Positions 9,218 to 20,084 are shown, numbered from the stretch's first letter. The stretch is DNA of 64,000 nucleotides from Candidatus Eiseniibacteriota bacterium (GCA_963762255.1 CAVXKA010000001.1:1632001-1696000); one strand, 5' to 3'. The notes: a model not told the origin generated them from the sequence alone. Numbers and translations: made by a program.

Positions 9218-11275
9218 ATGACCGAGACGCATCGCAGCGCCTGTCCGCTCGACTGTCCGGACAACTGCAGCCTTGCCGTCCAGACCGAGGACGGCCGCGT
9301 CACCGTTGTGGACGGCAGTGACCTGAGTCCGATCACGGCGGGCTATATCTGCGCCAAGGTGCGCCGCTTCCCCGAGGCGATGTACGGCCCCGAGCGCGTG
9401 CTCACGCCGCTCGTGCGCGCCGGCGCGAAGGGGGAGGCGGCATTCCGCGAGACGAGCTGGGATGAGGCGCTGACCCTCGTCACCCAACGCTTGTCGGAGG
9501 CGCGCGACACGCACGGCGGAGAGTCGATCCTGCCCTTCTACTACGGGGGCTCGAACGGGTTCCTCTCCCAGGATACGACCGACGCGCGGCTATTCCGCCG
9601 CCTCGGGGCATCGCAGCTCGCGCGCACCGTCTGCGCAGCGCCGACCGGCCGCGCCGCCGACGGCCTCTATGGGAAATTCCCCGGCGTCGGCTACACCGAC
9701 TACCCGCACGCGAACCTCATCGTGGTGTGGGGGGCCAACCCGGTCGATTCCGGCATTCACCTCATGCCCTACATCCAGGAGGCGCAGAAACGAGGCGCAA
9801 AGCTCGTCGTGATCGACCCGCGCCGCACCAAGCTCGCAGTGAGATCCGACCTGCACCTGGCGCCCTTCCCGGGCACGGATCTCCCTCTGGCGCTCGCGAT
9901 CATCAACTTGTTCTTCGAGCGCGGGTGGGCGGACGAATCGTTCCTGAAGGAGCACGCCACCGGCGTGCAGGCGTTGCGTGAGCGCGCCGCGCCGTGGAAC
10001 GTCCACTACGCGGCCAGCGTATGCCGCATGACGGACGCCGAGATCGAGCGCTTCGCGGAACTGTACGCGGCCACGACTCCGGCGGTCGTGCGCTGCGGCT
10101 GGGGCCTTGAGCGCAACCGAAACGGCGGCTCCGCGGTAGCGGCCGTGCTCGCGCTCCCCGCGGTGGCGGGCAAGTTCGGCGTGCGCGGCGGGGGATACAC
10201 GCTGAGCAATTCCAAGGCCTGGGGCTTGAGCGCGGCCGACGCCGCCAACGCGCCTCTGCCGGCAACGCGGACCATCAACATGAACAAGCTGGGGGAGACC
10301 CTGACCTCCGCGGACCTGACCCCACCGGTGAAGGGGCTCTTCGTCTACAACTGCAACCCGCTCGCCACCATGCCCAACCAGGAATCGGTGCGACGCGGAT
10401 TGGCGCGCGAGGACTTGTTCACCGTCGTCTTCGATCCGGTCCTGACCGATACCGCGCGTTACGCGGACGTGGTGCTCCCCGCCGCGACGTTTCTCGAGCG
10501 GCGAGAGCTGTCCCGGGGATACGGCTCGTTCACGCTGCAGGATGCGCCTCAGATCGTGCCTCCGATCGGCGCTTCCCGCGCCAACCACGAGGTATTCCTG
10601 GATCTGGTGCGGCGTTTCGGGCTGGAGCAACCCGGCGATCCGACCACAGAGGACGACGTTCGGGAGGCCGTGCTGTCGAGACTGGGCAGCGAAGACGAGG
10701 CTGCCGCGGCGCCCCGAGGCCTCCCCGATCGCGACACCGCGCGCCGCGCGCTCGATGAGACCGGCCTCATCTTTCCCAAGTACGGGACAGGACCGGTGCA
10801 ATTCGTGGACGTATTCCCCTGGACCTCGGACGGAAAGATCCATCTCGTTCCGGAGGATCTCGACCGCGAGGCCCCCGAAGGGCTCTATCACTACAGCCAC
10901 GAGCCCCGCGAATCGCGGCACCTGCTCGCACTCATCTCGCCGTCCTCCAACCGCACCATCAGCTCGACCTTGGGGCAGCTTCATCGCAAGCCGGCGACCC
11001 TGGAGATCCATCCTGCCGACGCGCTCGTGCGGCGCATTCAGGACGGCGATTCGGTTCGCGTCTTCAACGAGTACGGTGAAGTGCGCTGCCACGCGCGGAT
11101 CAACGTCGATGTGCGCATGGGCGTCGTGGAGCTTGCGAAGGGACTCTGGAGTCACAACACGTTGAACGGCGCGACGGCGAACGCGCTGGCGCCCGACACC
11201 CTCACCGATCTCGGTGCGGGGGCCTGTTTCAACGACGCGCGGGTCCGGGTGGAACGGCTGCCCGCTCCAGCGTGA
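9218..11275 (+). CDS. Molybdopterin-dependent oxidoreductase (DMSO reductase superfamily) with N-terminal 4Fe-4S site
   Basis: CPLDCPDNC...ICAK, DPRRT, DTARYADVVLPA, C-terminal molybdopterin-binding IHPADA...DGDSVRVFN. Confidence 0.9.
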   Translation: MTETHRSACPLDCPDNCSLAVQTEDGRVTVVDGSDLSPITAGYICAKVRRFPEAMYGPERVLTPLVRAGAKGEAAFRETSWDEALTLVTQRLSEARDTHGGESILPFYYGGSNGFLSQDTTDARLFRRLGASQLARTVCAAPTGRAADGLYGKFPGVGYTDYPHANLIVVWGANPVDSGIHLMPYIQEAQKRGAKLVVIDPRRTKLAVRSDLHLAPFPGTDLPLALAIINLFFERGWADESFLKEHATGVQALRERAAPWNVHYAASVCRMTDAEIERFAELYAATTPAVVRCGWGLERNRNGGSAVAAVLALPAVAGKFGVRGGGYTLSNSKAWGLSAADAANAPLPATRTINMNKLGETLTSADLTPPVKGLFVYNCNPLATMPNQESVRRGLAREDLFTVVFDPVLTDTARYADVVLPAATFLERRELSRGYGSFTLQDAPQIVPPIGASRANHEVFLDLVRRFGLEQPGDPTTEDDVREAVLSRLGSEDEAAAAPRGLPDRDTARRALDETGLIFPKYGTGPVQFVDVFPWTSDGKIHLVPEDLDREAPEGLYHYSHEPRESRHLLALISPSSNRTISSTLGQLHRKPATLEIHPADALVRRIQDGDSVRVFNEYGEVRCHARINVDVRMGVVELAKGLWSHNTLNGATANALAPDTLTDLGAGACFNDARVRVERLPAPA

Positions 11276-12302
11276 GCAGAGCCTCCTTACGCCAGAGCCC
11301 TCCACCGTAGCCCACGAGGCGTCCGTCCTTGCCCACGATGCGATGGCAGGGGATGACGATGCCGATTCGGTTGTCACCGTTGGCGTGGCCCACGGCGCGG
11401 ACTGCGCTGGGCCGGCCCAACTCTCGGGCCAACCACTCATAGGAGCGCGTCTCACCCGAGGGCACGCGTTGCAACGCCGCCCACACCGCGCGCTGGAACT
11501 CGGTGCCGGGAACCACCAGCGGCACGGTGAACTCCCGCAGCGTTCCGGCGAAGTAGCGCTCCAGCTCCGCTTCGAGACGGGCTAGATGGGGATTGCGACC
11601 CGGCGCGAACTTGGCGTTCAGGAGCTTCTGAAGCCTGGCGATCTGGGTCGGGAGCATCCGTCGATCGGAGAACTCCAGGAGGCAGACCCCCTCATCCGTT
11701 GCGGCGGCGATCATCGGACCCAGCGGCGAAGTGAGACGCGTCGTGACCACGAGCGTCACCGCGCGACTTCGACCCGGGGCGTCACCGAAGACCTTCGCGA
11801 AGGCGTCGCGAAACGCGCTCGGTGATTCATAGCCGTGATCGTACGCGGCCTCGGTGAGGTCCGCCCCGTGGCCGATGTTGGCCAGAGCGAGGCCCAACCG
11901 GCGCGAGCGCTGGTAGGCATGAAAGGTCATCCCGTGGTGGGTCTTGAACCAGCGTCGCACCCGGATCGGATCGAGTCCGCGGTCGCGCAGATCCTGCTCG
12001 GTCCATCGTCGCGCCGGATCGCGCTCGACCTCGGCCAGGATGGGGCGCAGCCATTCGGGGACGGCGCCGCGAGGCTCCATCGGCCGGCAGCGCAGGCACG
12101 GACGGTAGCCGGCGGCCAGCGCCTCGCGCGTGGAGGGAAAGAACTCGATGTTCTCCCGTCGCGGGCGCTTTGCCGTGCAGGTCGGCCGGCAGAAGATCCC
12201 GGTGGTTCGCACCGCAGTGACGAACACGCCGTCGAAGGCGCTGTCGCGGTCCAGGAACGCGCGGTACATCGTGTCTGAGGAAGGCAATCTCGTCATCAGC
12301 AT
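11229..12302 (-). CDS. ada: Bifunctional Ada transcriptional activator / O6-methylguanine-DNA methyltransferase
   Basis: GIFCRPTC and YRPCLRC Zn site, AraC HTH, IPCHRIVG active site. Confidence 0.92.
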   Translation of the reverse strand: MLMTRLPSSDTMYRAFLDRDSAFDGVFVTAVRTTGIFCRPTCTAKRPRRENIEFFPSTREALAAGYRPCLRCRPMEPRGAVPEWLRPILAEVERDPARRWTEQDLRDRGLDPIRVRRWFKTHHGMTFHAYQRSRRLGLALANIGHGADLTEAAYDHGYESPSAFRDAFAKVFGDAPGRSRAVTLVVTTRLTSPLGPMIAAATDEGVCLLEFSDRRMLPTQIARLQKLLNAKFAPGRNPHLARLEAELERYFAGTLREFTVPLVVPGTEFQRAVWAALQRVPSGETRSYEWLARELGRPSAVRAVGHANGDNRIGIVIPCHRIVGKDGRLVGYGGGLWRKEALLTLERAAVPPGPARR

Positions 12303-12361
12303 GCCGCCACGATAGCGGGAACGAACCGAGCGTCTCTACCGATTTTCGAGCGGGGAATCCG

Positions 12362-13132
12362 TCAGTTCGAACCCGTCCCGCTTCCCATCATCTCCGCGAT
12401 CTTTTGGTACTGCGTATGGACGTTCTCCACTGCTTCCGGGGCGTCGAACCAGTTCTTCGCGGTGCAGGCTTCGTTGAGGATCTTCGTGCGCCAGCAGAGG
12501 AGCGACATCTCCTGATGGAGCGTCTTCTCCTGATCGGCGAAGCGCTTGGGAACCGGCGCGGCCAGAAGCTCTTTGCAGCGCTCGGCCATGAGCGCCGCGC
12601 CGACGGCCACGTCGTCCCACTTCTTGTCCGGCAACGCATGGTGATAGATCTTGTAGAGTTCGACGTGATAGGCCTCGAGCTCCTTCATCGGCGGGCGGAC
12701 CACCCGCATGAGACCCTCGAAACCCGAGTGGAGCGCTTCGGCCGCCTTGAGGAGCCCGGGCTCGTCGTTCTTGGCCGCGGCCGTCTCGTATTGCTTCAGC
12801 GTCGTGGAAAGCACCTTGACGCCCGATCCCCACGCCTCGGCCTTGTCGCGCAGGATACCCGGGAGCACGACGGCCTGCAGCGTCGCCACGTGCTTCTGCA
12901 CCTCGGGCAGCAACTCCTTCATCATCGCGTAGTTCTTGTTGGGCCACGCCTCGTGCCAGAGGGGAAAGATCACCTCGTGGAAGGCGGACAGCGCGGGAAC
13001 TTCCGAGGAGGTCTCGTCCATGCACGAGTCCGCGGCCGCGCTCTTTGCCGGTTCCGCCGCATGCGTGCCCACCGCTCCCAACATCGCCATCATCGCGAAA
13101 CCGACCAGAATCGCCGCCAGACGCCTCTTCAT
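12362..13132 (-). CDS. Secreted helical hypothetical protein with a two-fold internal repeat and conserved His residues
   Basis: GAGGAG RBS, signal peptide MKRRLAAILVGFAMMAMLGAVG; FHEVIFPLWH/YHVELYKIYH and AAEALHSGF/AVENVHTQY repeats. Confidence 0.8.
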   Translation of the reverse strand: MKRRLAAILVGFAMMAMLGAVGTHAAEPAKSAAADSCMDETSSEVPALSAFHEVIFPLWHEAWPNKNYAMMKELLPEVQKHVATLQAVVLPGILRDKAEAWGSGVKVLSTTLKQYETAAAKNDEPGLLKAAEALHSGFEGLMRVVRPPMKELEAYHVELYKIYHHALPDKKWDDVAVGAALMAERCKELLAAPVPKRFADQEKTLHQEMSLLCWRTKILNEACTAKNWFDAPEAVENVHTQYQKIAEMMGSGTGSN

Positions 13133-13279
13133 GACCACCGGCTCCTCGTTGAATCCGTGCACTCCGCGCGCGTCCGCGCGTGGCGGGGCGCCCGCGGCTG
13201 AACCCCTCAGCCGTGCGGACAGGGAGCATAGCACTCCGAGCCGGGCCGGATGTCAGCGCACCCGGCCCGTCGGTGACGA

Positions 13280-14413
13280 TCAGGGCTCGAGCCGAACCGG
13301 CAGGTACTCGATGTCCTGCGGGTAGTCGAGATCGTTCAGGATCTGCTCGTACTCGCCCGTGCGGAGGTCGATTCGATACAACGAGTTTTCGAAGTTGATC
13401 ACCACGTACGCGTAGCTGCCGACCACGACGACGCTGGTAATGTTCCCCGCGGGCAGTGTGCAAAGCGTGATCAGCTCGCCGGTATCGGTGAATGCCTGAA
13501 CCCGCATCGACCGACACAGGTAGAGCGTGCCGCCATGGTAGTCGATCGCTCCCAGCCACCCAAGACCGTCATCCACCTTGTGAAGGATCGACGCTTCTCG
13601 CGTGGTCAGGTCGAAAGCCAGCACGCCGTCGTTTCCGTTCTCGGAGACGATCAGGCGATCGCCGGCGATAACCCCGTCCACGTTCTGCAAGTCCTCGCCC
13701 GCCTCCGGCATGGGGACGGTCTCGATCAGCGCGCCGCCTGAGCTGACGAAGTGGACCATGTCATCGTGGTTCGACAGCAACGCAAACCCGCCGTCCGGGA
13801 GCATGGCGAAGTCATACCCGTCGACGCTGTCGGGGATGTCGATCGAGGAGACAAACTGCCCGTCGTGGTCGATCTCCTCGACCACGCCCCCTGGTCCCCG
13901 GAAGATCCGCGTTCCCAGGACCTCGATAGATCTTCCCGTTGTGCTCAGGAGGAACTCCGCCCCGTAGGCGTCGACGGTGTGTATGCCCCCCCGATCCGAG
14001 ACGAGAAGCGTTCCCTCCATGACGTCCACGGAAACCGTGTCGCGGGCGGTACCGCCGTTGCCGTCGGTGACGGCCACGCGGATCTCGTGCGGGCCGTCGC
14101 CGGCCGGGGCTTGCCACCGCACGGCAGGTCCGCTCCCGATCAAGAGCCCCGTGGGCGCCGACCATGCGTAGCTCAGGTTGTCGCCATCCACGTCCTCGGC
14201 GGTGCACGCGATCGATACGGTGTCCCCGGTTGCCAGAACGGGCAGGTTCACGCTAAGAATGTCGATCGTGGGCGGATGGTTGTCGCCAGGCTTGGTCGTG
14301 TCGTCGTCCCCGCATCCATTCACGCCGAACGCGGCGAGCGCCGGCAGAAGGAGAAGGAGAGCGGTCGCGCGCGGCCCGCTAGCAAACCGGGTGCCGATGA
14401 GTCGGGCAAACAT
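13280..14413 (-). CDS. Lipoprotein with Ig/PKD-like domain and beta-propeller
   Basis: Lipobox GVNGC, NHPPTI...DVDGDNLSYAWS...VAVTDGNGG Ig-like motif, then repeated beta-blade segments. Confidence 0.75.
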   Translation of the reverse strand: MFARLIGTRFASGPRATALLLLLPALAAFGVNGCGDDDTTKPGDNHPPTIDILSVNLPVLATGDTVSIACTAEDVDGDNLSYAWSAPTGLLIGSGPAVRWQAPAGDGPHEIRVAVTDGNGGTARDTVSVDVMEGTLLVSDRGGIHTVDAYGAEFLLSTTGRSIEVLGTRIFRGPGGVVEEIDHDGQFVSSIDIPDSVDGYDFAMLPDGGFALLSNHDDMVHFVSSGGALIETVPMPEAGEDLQNVDGVIAGDRLIVSENGNDGVLAFDLTTREASILHKVDDGLGWLGAIDYHGGTLYLCRSMRVQAFTDTGELITLCTLPAGNITSVVVVGSYAYVVINFENSLYRIDLRTGEYEQILNDLDYPQDIEYLPVRLEP

Positions 14414-14552
14414 GGAAACCCCCTGTGCGTCGGCGGTCACGCTCGCCCGGGGGGGGAGCCGGATGGCCGGTGGGAGGGGCTCGGTGACCTGTGATCCCTC
14501 CTTTCTACTCGGAAGTCGATGAAATGTCCACACTCCAGGAAAGGAATTCGGC

Positions 14553-14975
14553 GTGAAATCGTACCGAGAGACACTGACATTCAACGTCCCCGTCCGAATG
14601 GATTTCATCAATGTCACCCCCGAGGTGGAGCATGCGGTGCGCAAGAGCGGGGTCAGGGAGGGACTCTGCCTGGTCAACGCGATGCACATCACCGCCAGCG
14701 TGTTCATCAACGACGACGAGCGCGGGCTCCACGAGGACTACAAGCGCTGGCTCGAAGCACTCGCCCCGCACGACCCCAGCCCCGAGCGCTATCATCACAA
14801 CCGCACCGGAGAGGACAACGGTGATGCGCATCACAAGCGCCAGATCATGGGGCGCGAGGTCGTGGTGGCGATCACAGAGGGCAAACTCGACTTCGGCCCC
14901 TGGGAGCAGATCTTCTACGGCGAGTTCGACGGGCGCCGCCCGAAGCGCGTGCTCATCAAGATCATCGGAGAGTGA
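14553..14975 (+). CDS. yjbQ: YjbQ/UPF0047 family protein
   Basis: [30 protein letters not shown] motifs. Confidence 0.9.
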   Translation: MKSYRETLTFNVPVRMDFINVTPEVEHAVRKSGVREGLCLVNAMHITASVFINDDERGLHEDYKRWLEALAPHDPSPERYHHNRTGEDNGDAHHKRQIMGREVVVAITEGKLDFGPWEQIFYGEFDGRRPKRVLIKIIGE

Positions 14976-14979
14976 CGCA

Positions 14980-16725
14980 ATGACAGATCGCGCGTTCAAG
15001 CTGACAGCGGCCTTGGCCGTCCTCGTGTCCCTATTGAGCGGGACAGGCGCGGTTGCCGCACAACCTTCCCGCGTCGCTTTCCACCCCGGCGGATGGGGCG
15101 GCGACGGCATGGTGGTCAGCGACAGCCGCCTTGCCTCGGAAGCCGGAGCCGCGGTCATCGAACGCGGCGGTAACGCGGTGGACGCGGCAGTCACCGCCGC
15201 CTTCGCTCTCTCCGTGACCTATCCCTGGGCGGGTAACCTTGCCGGAGGCGGGTTCGCAGTCGTTCGCGCCGCCGACGGCGCGATGACAACACTCGATTTC
15301 CGCGAAACCGCTCCCGCTGCCGCGCGCCCCGACATGTTTCTCGACGCGCGCGGCGACACCGTGCCGGGCCTTTCGCTCAACAGTCACCTTGCAGCAGGTG
15401 TTCCCGGTTCGGTGGATGGGTTGCTGCGACTCTGGGAGGACCACGGCTCCGGGCGTGTGACGCGCGCCGAGATTCTCGCCCCCGCTATCCGTCTCGCTCG
15501 CGAGGGCTTCTCCATCGACCAGGATCTTGCCGAGAGACTCAACCGAAAGCGCGCCCGACTGAACGAAGACGCGGGCGCGGCGGCAATCTTCGTTCGCGCG
15601 GACGGCCGCGACTGGCGTCCCGGGGACATGCTCTTTCAGGAGGACCTCGCCCGCACGCTGGAGCGCATTGTCCGCGACGGGCGGGACGGCTTCTACGACG
15701 GCGAGACGGCCCGGCTCATCGCTCGTGAGATGGAGGCAGGGGCGGGCCTGATCACCCCGCGGGACCTTGGCGCGTATCGCGCAGTCACCCGCGATCCGGT
15801 GCGCGGCACGTTTCGGGGCTACGAGATCGTGGGGATGGGCCCGCCGAGTTCCGGGGGCGTCTTCGTCGTCCAGCTTCTGAACATGTTGGAACCCTGGCCG
15901 CTCGAGGAGTACGCGTGGGGAAGCGCGGTCTACATCCACACGGTGGCGGAAGCGGAACGGCGCGCGTTCGCGGACCGCAGCCGTCACCTGGGCGATCCCG
16001 ACTTCTGGACCGTGCCGCTATCGATGCTGCTGGACAAGGGCTACGCGATGGAGCGTATGCGAGGCGTCTACCTGGGTATCGCCACCCCCAGCGAGAACGT
16101 GCGACCCGGCGACGCCGCATCGTGGGAGGCCACCGAGACGACCCACCTCTGCGCCGCGGATGCCGACGGCAACGTGGTGAGCCTCACCACGACGTTGAAC
16201 GCGGGTTTCGGAAGTTGCCTCGTCGTCGACGGGACCGGCGTGCTCCTCAACAACGAGATGGACGACTTCGCCGCCAAGCCCGGCGTACCCAACCTGTACG
16301 GGTTGGTCGGAGACTCCGCCAACGCGGTGGCTCCCGGGAAGAGGATGTTGAGCTCCATGTCGCCGACGATCGTGCTCCGGGATGGGAAACCGATCCTGGC
16401 GCTGGGCGCGGCGGGGGGATCGCGCATCATTACGTCTGTGACGCAGGTGATCGTGGACGTGCTCGTGTTCGGGATGCCGGTCTCCGATGCGGTGGCCGCA
16501 CCGAGGTTCCACCACCAGTGGCTCCCCGATGAACTCTGGGTGGAGCCGCTGGCACTGGCGCCGGAGGTCGCGCGTGCGCTCACCGGCAGGGGACACCACG
16601 TCGTGCTTCGCGATGCCGAACCTCTCGCCAACGTCAACGCGATCGCCATCGGCGAAGACGGCTTCTACGGGGGGCCCGAGACGCGGAACGCCGCATACGC
16701 GGCCGGGGCGTGGAGAAGGCGATGA
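14980..16725 (+). CDS. ggt: Gamma-glutamyltransferase
   Basis: Signal peptide; GGNAVDAAV, LDFRETAP, ETTH autocleavage site, LNNEMDDF, KRMLSSMSP. Confidence 0.95.
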   Translation: MTDRAFKLTAALAVLVSLLSGTGAVAAQPSRVAFHPGGWGGDGMVVSDSRLASEAGAAVIERGGNAVDAAVTAAFALSVTYPWAGNLAGGGFAVVRAADGAMTTLDFRETAPAAARPDMFLDARGDTVPGLSLNSHLAAGVPGSVDGLLRLWEDHGSGRVTRAEILAPAIRLAREGFSIDQDLAERLNRKRARLNEDAGAAAIFVRADGRDWRPGDMLFQEDLARTLERIVRDGRDGFYDGETARLIAREMEAGAGLITPRDLGAYRAVTRDPVRGTFRGYEIVGMGPPSSGGVFVVQLLNMLEPWPLEEYAWGSAVYIHTVAEAERRAFADRSRHLGDPDFWTVPLSMLLDKGYAMERMRGVYLGIATPSENVRPGDAASWEATETTHLCAADADGNVVSLTTTLNAGFGSCLVVDGTGVLLNNEMDDFAAKPGVPNLYGLVGDSANAVAPGKRMLSSMSPTIVLRDGKPILALGAAGGSRIITSVTQVIVDVLVFGMPVSDAVAAPRFHHQWLPDELWVEPLALAPEVARALTGRGHHVVLRDAEPLANVNAIAIGEDGFYGGPETRNAAYAAGAWRRR

Positions 16726-16775
16726 GATCGTGCGGCGCGCGATTGCCGCTTCGGTGATTGAGGTAGACGTGCCAC

Positions 16776-17387
16776 TCAGCCGACCTCGTGCACTTGCGCC
16801 ACCCCCGAGGTGCGATCGCGAAGCTCCTCGGTCACTCTCATGACCGCGCCCACCGGCACGTCCAAGGTGAGCGAGACGGTCTCGCCGTACTCGGAGGCGA
16901 CCGGCACCAACCCTGCGGCGGCGAGCGCGCCCTGCACCGCGCCCGAGACCTCGTAGGGGAACGACACGTTCAGGCGCCGCGTCACCCGCACCACGCGCGC
17001 CGGAGCCCGGCTCAACACCTCGTTGGCGGCGCCGCCATAGGCCCGAATCAATCCACCCACCCCGAGTTTCACGCCGCCGAAGTATCGCGACACGACCACC
17101 AGCGTGTGATGCAACCCGTGCGACTCGATCTGCTGAAGGATGGGCCGTCCCGCCGAGCCGCCCGGCTCCCCCGCGTCGTTGGTGCGAAAGGCGCCGCTCT
17201 CCGGGTCCAGCCGATAGGCATAGCAGTGGTGGGATGCATCGGCGTATTCGCGGTGAACGTCCGCCACCCGATGCTCCGCTTCGGCGGCATCGGTCACGAA
17301 CGCCGCGCGTGCGATGAACCGCGAAGCCTTGATCTTCTCGCCTTCATGCTCGAACACGCCGGCGACCGTGCGGTATTCCTCGATCAT
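16776..17387 (-). CDS. yigZ: YigZ/IMPACT family protein
   Basis: KIKASRFIA, ASHHCYAY, DAGEPGGSAGRP, RYFGGVKLGVGGLIRAY. Confidence 0.92.
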   Translation of the reverse strand: MIEEYRTVAGVFEHEGEKIKASRFIARAAFVTDAAEAEHRVADVHREYADASHHCYAYRLDPESGAFRTNDAGEPGGSAGRPILQQIESHGLHHTLVVVSRYFGGVKLGVGGLIRAYGGAANEVLSRAPARVVRVTRRLNVSFPYEVSGAVQGALAAAGLVPVASEYGETVSLTLDVPVGAVMRVTEELRDRTSGVAQVHEVG

Positions 17388-17429
17388 GTTCCTCGTCGTG
17401 ACCTCCCCATTCCGGGAAGCGGCGAACCT

Positions 17430-20084
17430 TTAATCGTTCAGGCTCGGCAGGAAGTAGATGCTGTTGAGGAAGAGCCGGTTGAGTCCGTACCAGGAGAGGC
17501 GGAAGTTGGGGTCCTCGACGTACAGGACCACATGTCCCCGGCCGACCGGTTCGTCCACGAGGAAGGGGCGATCCACGAGGCGGTCCACGTTCTCGGGCGA
17601 GGCATACCCCGAGACTCGTGGCGCGCGCGTGAACCACGCCACGTTCGTGCCGGGCGGGCCGAGTTCCAGCGCGCGATCGGAGATCTTGAGCACCCGCGCC
17701 TCGCCGGTGTAGCCGAAGCCCAACGGGTGAAGCGGATCCACCGCTACCCGGAAGATCGTCCCTGGCACCTCGCTCAAACGTTCGCGGCGCTCGCGCTCGG
17801 CCTGCGTCTCCAGCCGGCGTTCCCGGTCCTGGGCTTTCCTCTCGTCCTCGGTGAGGCCCGACTCTATTTCCTTATCCGCAGGAGGAGCCTCTTTGACCGA
17901 ACTCAACCCGGACACGTCCGCGCCGGCGAAGAAGGCTCCCCCGCCGAGGCCGACGAATACCCCGCCTCGCTGGACCCAGTGCTTCAGAACCTCGACTTGC
18001 GTGGAATCGAGCGCCGCCGCGTACGCGCGCCCTCCTGCGTTGTCGTTGGGAAAGACGAGCACGGTGTATCGAGACAGGGCCTCTTCGTCGATCTCTCTCA
18101 GCGGGATCAACGAATGCGGTACGCCGTAGAGCCGGTCGAGAAGGAACCAGCACGCGCCGGTGGACGTGGCGGACGCGGGATTGTCGCCGATCACCGCGAC
18201 GCGCGGTCGATCCAGTGCGGGGACGCGGAAGCTCCCGAGATCGGGGCCGTTGTCGGTGAGGCCGGTTTCCACGCCGAAGATGTCCGCCCCGGAGAGCGCA
18301 GCCGCCTCGGCAAGGAGCGCGGAGAGGCCTTCTCGATTCTCCGCTCGAAAGATCACGAGGGTGCCTGGCGCGAAGCGCCGAGCGCCCATCGTGAACTCGC
18401 GGGTCGCGAAGCGCAGGCGCACGTTGCGCTCCTGTAGCCACGCGGCGGCGCGGGCAGCGCCGTTGCGGTCCCAGGGGATCAGGAACGCGTAGCGCGCCTC
18501 CGGTTTCTCCACGCGCCCCGCGGCCGCGGGCGGCTCGGTGAGCCGCTCCAGGCGGCCGTCCGTCTCCCCTTCGCTCCAGAAGGCCTCGATACCGAAGGCC
18601 AGCGGCAGCGACCACGCGCTCACGTCGTAGAAGAATGTGTCGGGAAGCGCGGCCTCCGGCTCGAGGATCGCGCTCAGGAATCGGTGCAGCGGCTGGTCCA
18701 GCGGCACCACGAAGGTGCCGGCGGGGAGCGCGGTCGAGACCGGGGTGCCGTCGTACGCGTGGAGTCCGCGCGGACGGATCTCGCCGCGGGCGCGATACAC
18801 CTCGGCACCGTGGGCCATGAGGAGCGACGCGAGCTCGGCCACGCGGGCCGGGTCATCCCCGGGCGGGAAGAGGTACGCCCCGGCCGGACCCGGTTGGTCC
18901 GGCTCGAAGAAGCGATGGAAATCGAGGAGACGCGCTTCGCGGTTTGCAGCCGCCGTCCGCAGCGTGGCGAGCGATGCCACGTAGTGGTGCTCGGCGCGCA
19001 TGGCCAGCGTGAGCGTGTCCCCGGAAGCGCGCAAGAGCACCGTACCCGCGAAGCCGTGACCCGCCTGCTCGTAGGTCATTCCGATGGCGCCGTGGAAGCT
19101 CGGCCACGAATCTCCGTAGCCGGGATAGTAGAGATCGAAAGATTCCTCGGTGTAGTAGGCCCAGCCGCGGTCATCAAAGGCAGCGGCGTTGCCGCGCCCG
19201 AAGATGGTCGCCCACTTGAGGACTTCGGGCGGGAAGTAGGGATGAATCGGGCGCTCGGGTGGAAAGAAGAAATAGCTGTCGTCCGCGTACATCTCGTGAA
19301 CGTCCACGTGCACTTGCGGCCGCCAACTCAGGTACGCGGCAGCTCGGGCGCGCGTCTCGAGCTGGGTCAGCCACGCCCAGTCACGGTTGAGATCGAAGAG
19401 ATAGTGGTTGTAGCGCCCACCGGGCCAGGGCTGGTGATGCTCGCGCGCCGGGGGGAGGGGATCCGGGCGGCTGCCCGTCACGCCGAGCATCCAGTTTGCG
19501 TAGCGGTCGCGGCCGTCGGGATTGAGGCACGGATCGACGAGCACGACGGTGGACTTCAAGAGAGCCGTCGTCTCCGGATCCCGCGCGGCGGCGAGCCGGT
19601 AGGCGACCGCCATCGCTGTCTCGCTGCCCGAAGCCTCGTCGCCGTGGATGTTGTACGAGAGCCACACGGCGATAGGAAGATCGCGGCTGATCTCGCGCGC
19701 CTCTCCCTCGGAAGTCCGACGCGGATCGGCAAGCCGAGCGTACGCCTCCTTGATGCGGTCTTTCGCAGCGAGGTTCTGCGGATCGGAAACGGTGAGGAGG
19801 AGGAGAGGGCGCCCTTCGTAGGTTTCCCCGTATTGCTCGATGTCCACGCGGTCCGAGGTCATCGCGAGGGCCTGCAAGTAGTCCACGATGCGATGGTGCG
19901 GCGTGAACCTCGATCCTGCCTCGTAACCCAGGAACTGCTCCGGAGACGGGATGGTCGGATCCAGGTCTCCACCTGAGTAGAACGGCGCGGCGTCCGCGGG
20001 GGCGGACCAGAGCAGGAGGAATGCGAAGAGTCCCGTCGCCGCCCGGCGCGCCGGGCATCTCCGGAGCCGTGGCTGCACGATCAT
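17430..20084 (-). CDS. Secreted M14 family zinc carboxypeptidase-like protein
   Basis: IHGDE, NPDG, DLNRDW, DVHEM motifs; signal peptide; ATGA overlap with the upstream gene. Confidence 0.88.
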   Translation of the reverse strand: MIVQPRLRRCPARRAATGLFAFLLLWSAPADAAPFYSGGDLDPTIPSPEQFLGYEAGSRFTPHHRIVDYLQALAMTSDRVDIEQYGETYEGRPLLLLTVSDPQNLAAKDRIKEAYARLADPRRTSEGEAREISRDLPIAVWLSYNIHGDEASGSETAMAVAYRLAAARDPETTALLKSTVVLVDPCLNPDGRDRYANWMLGVTGSRPDPLPPAREHHQPWPGGRYNHYLFDLNRDWAWLTQLETRARAAAYLSWRPQVHVDVHEMYADDSYFFFPPERPIHPYFPPEVLKWATIFGRGNAAAFDDRGWAYYTEESFDLYYPGYGDSWPSFHGAIGMTYEQAGHGFAGTVLLRASGDTLTLAMRAEHHYVASLATLRTAAANREARLLDFHRFFEPDQPGPAGAYLFPPGDDPARVAELASLLMAHGAEVYRARGEIRPRGLHAYDGTPVSTALPAGTFVVPLDQPLHRFLSAILEPEAALPDTFFYDVSAWSLPLAFGIEAFWSEGETDGRLERLTEPPAAAGRVEKPEARYAFLIPWDRNGAARAAAWLQERNVRLRFATREFTMGARRFAPGTLVIFRAENREGLSALLAEAAALSGADIFGVETGLTDNGPDLGSFRVPALDRPRVAVIGDNPASATSTGACWFLLDRLYGVPHSLIPLREIDEEALSRYTVLVFPNDNAGGRAYAAALDSTQVEVLKHWVQRGGVFVGLGGGAFFAGADVSGLSSVKEAPPADKEIESGLTEDERKAQDRERRLETQAERERRERLSEVPGTIFRVAVDPLHPLGFGYTGEARVLKISDRALELGPPGTNVAWFTRAPRVSGYASPENVDRLVDRPFLVDEPVGRGHVVLYVEDPNFRLSWYGLNRLFLNSIYFLPSLND

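Noticed and set aside
11229-11275. 47-nt convergent overlap of ada and the oxidoreductase (also 44900-44937)
   Set aside because: Short 3' overlaps of convergent genes are common in high-GC genomes.
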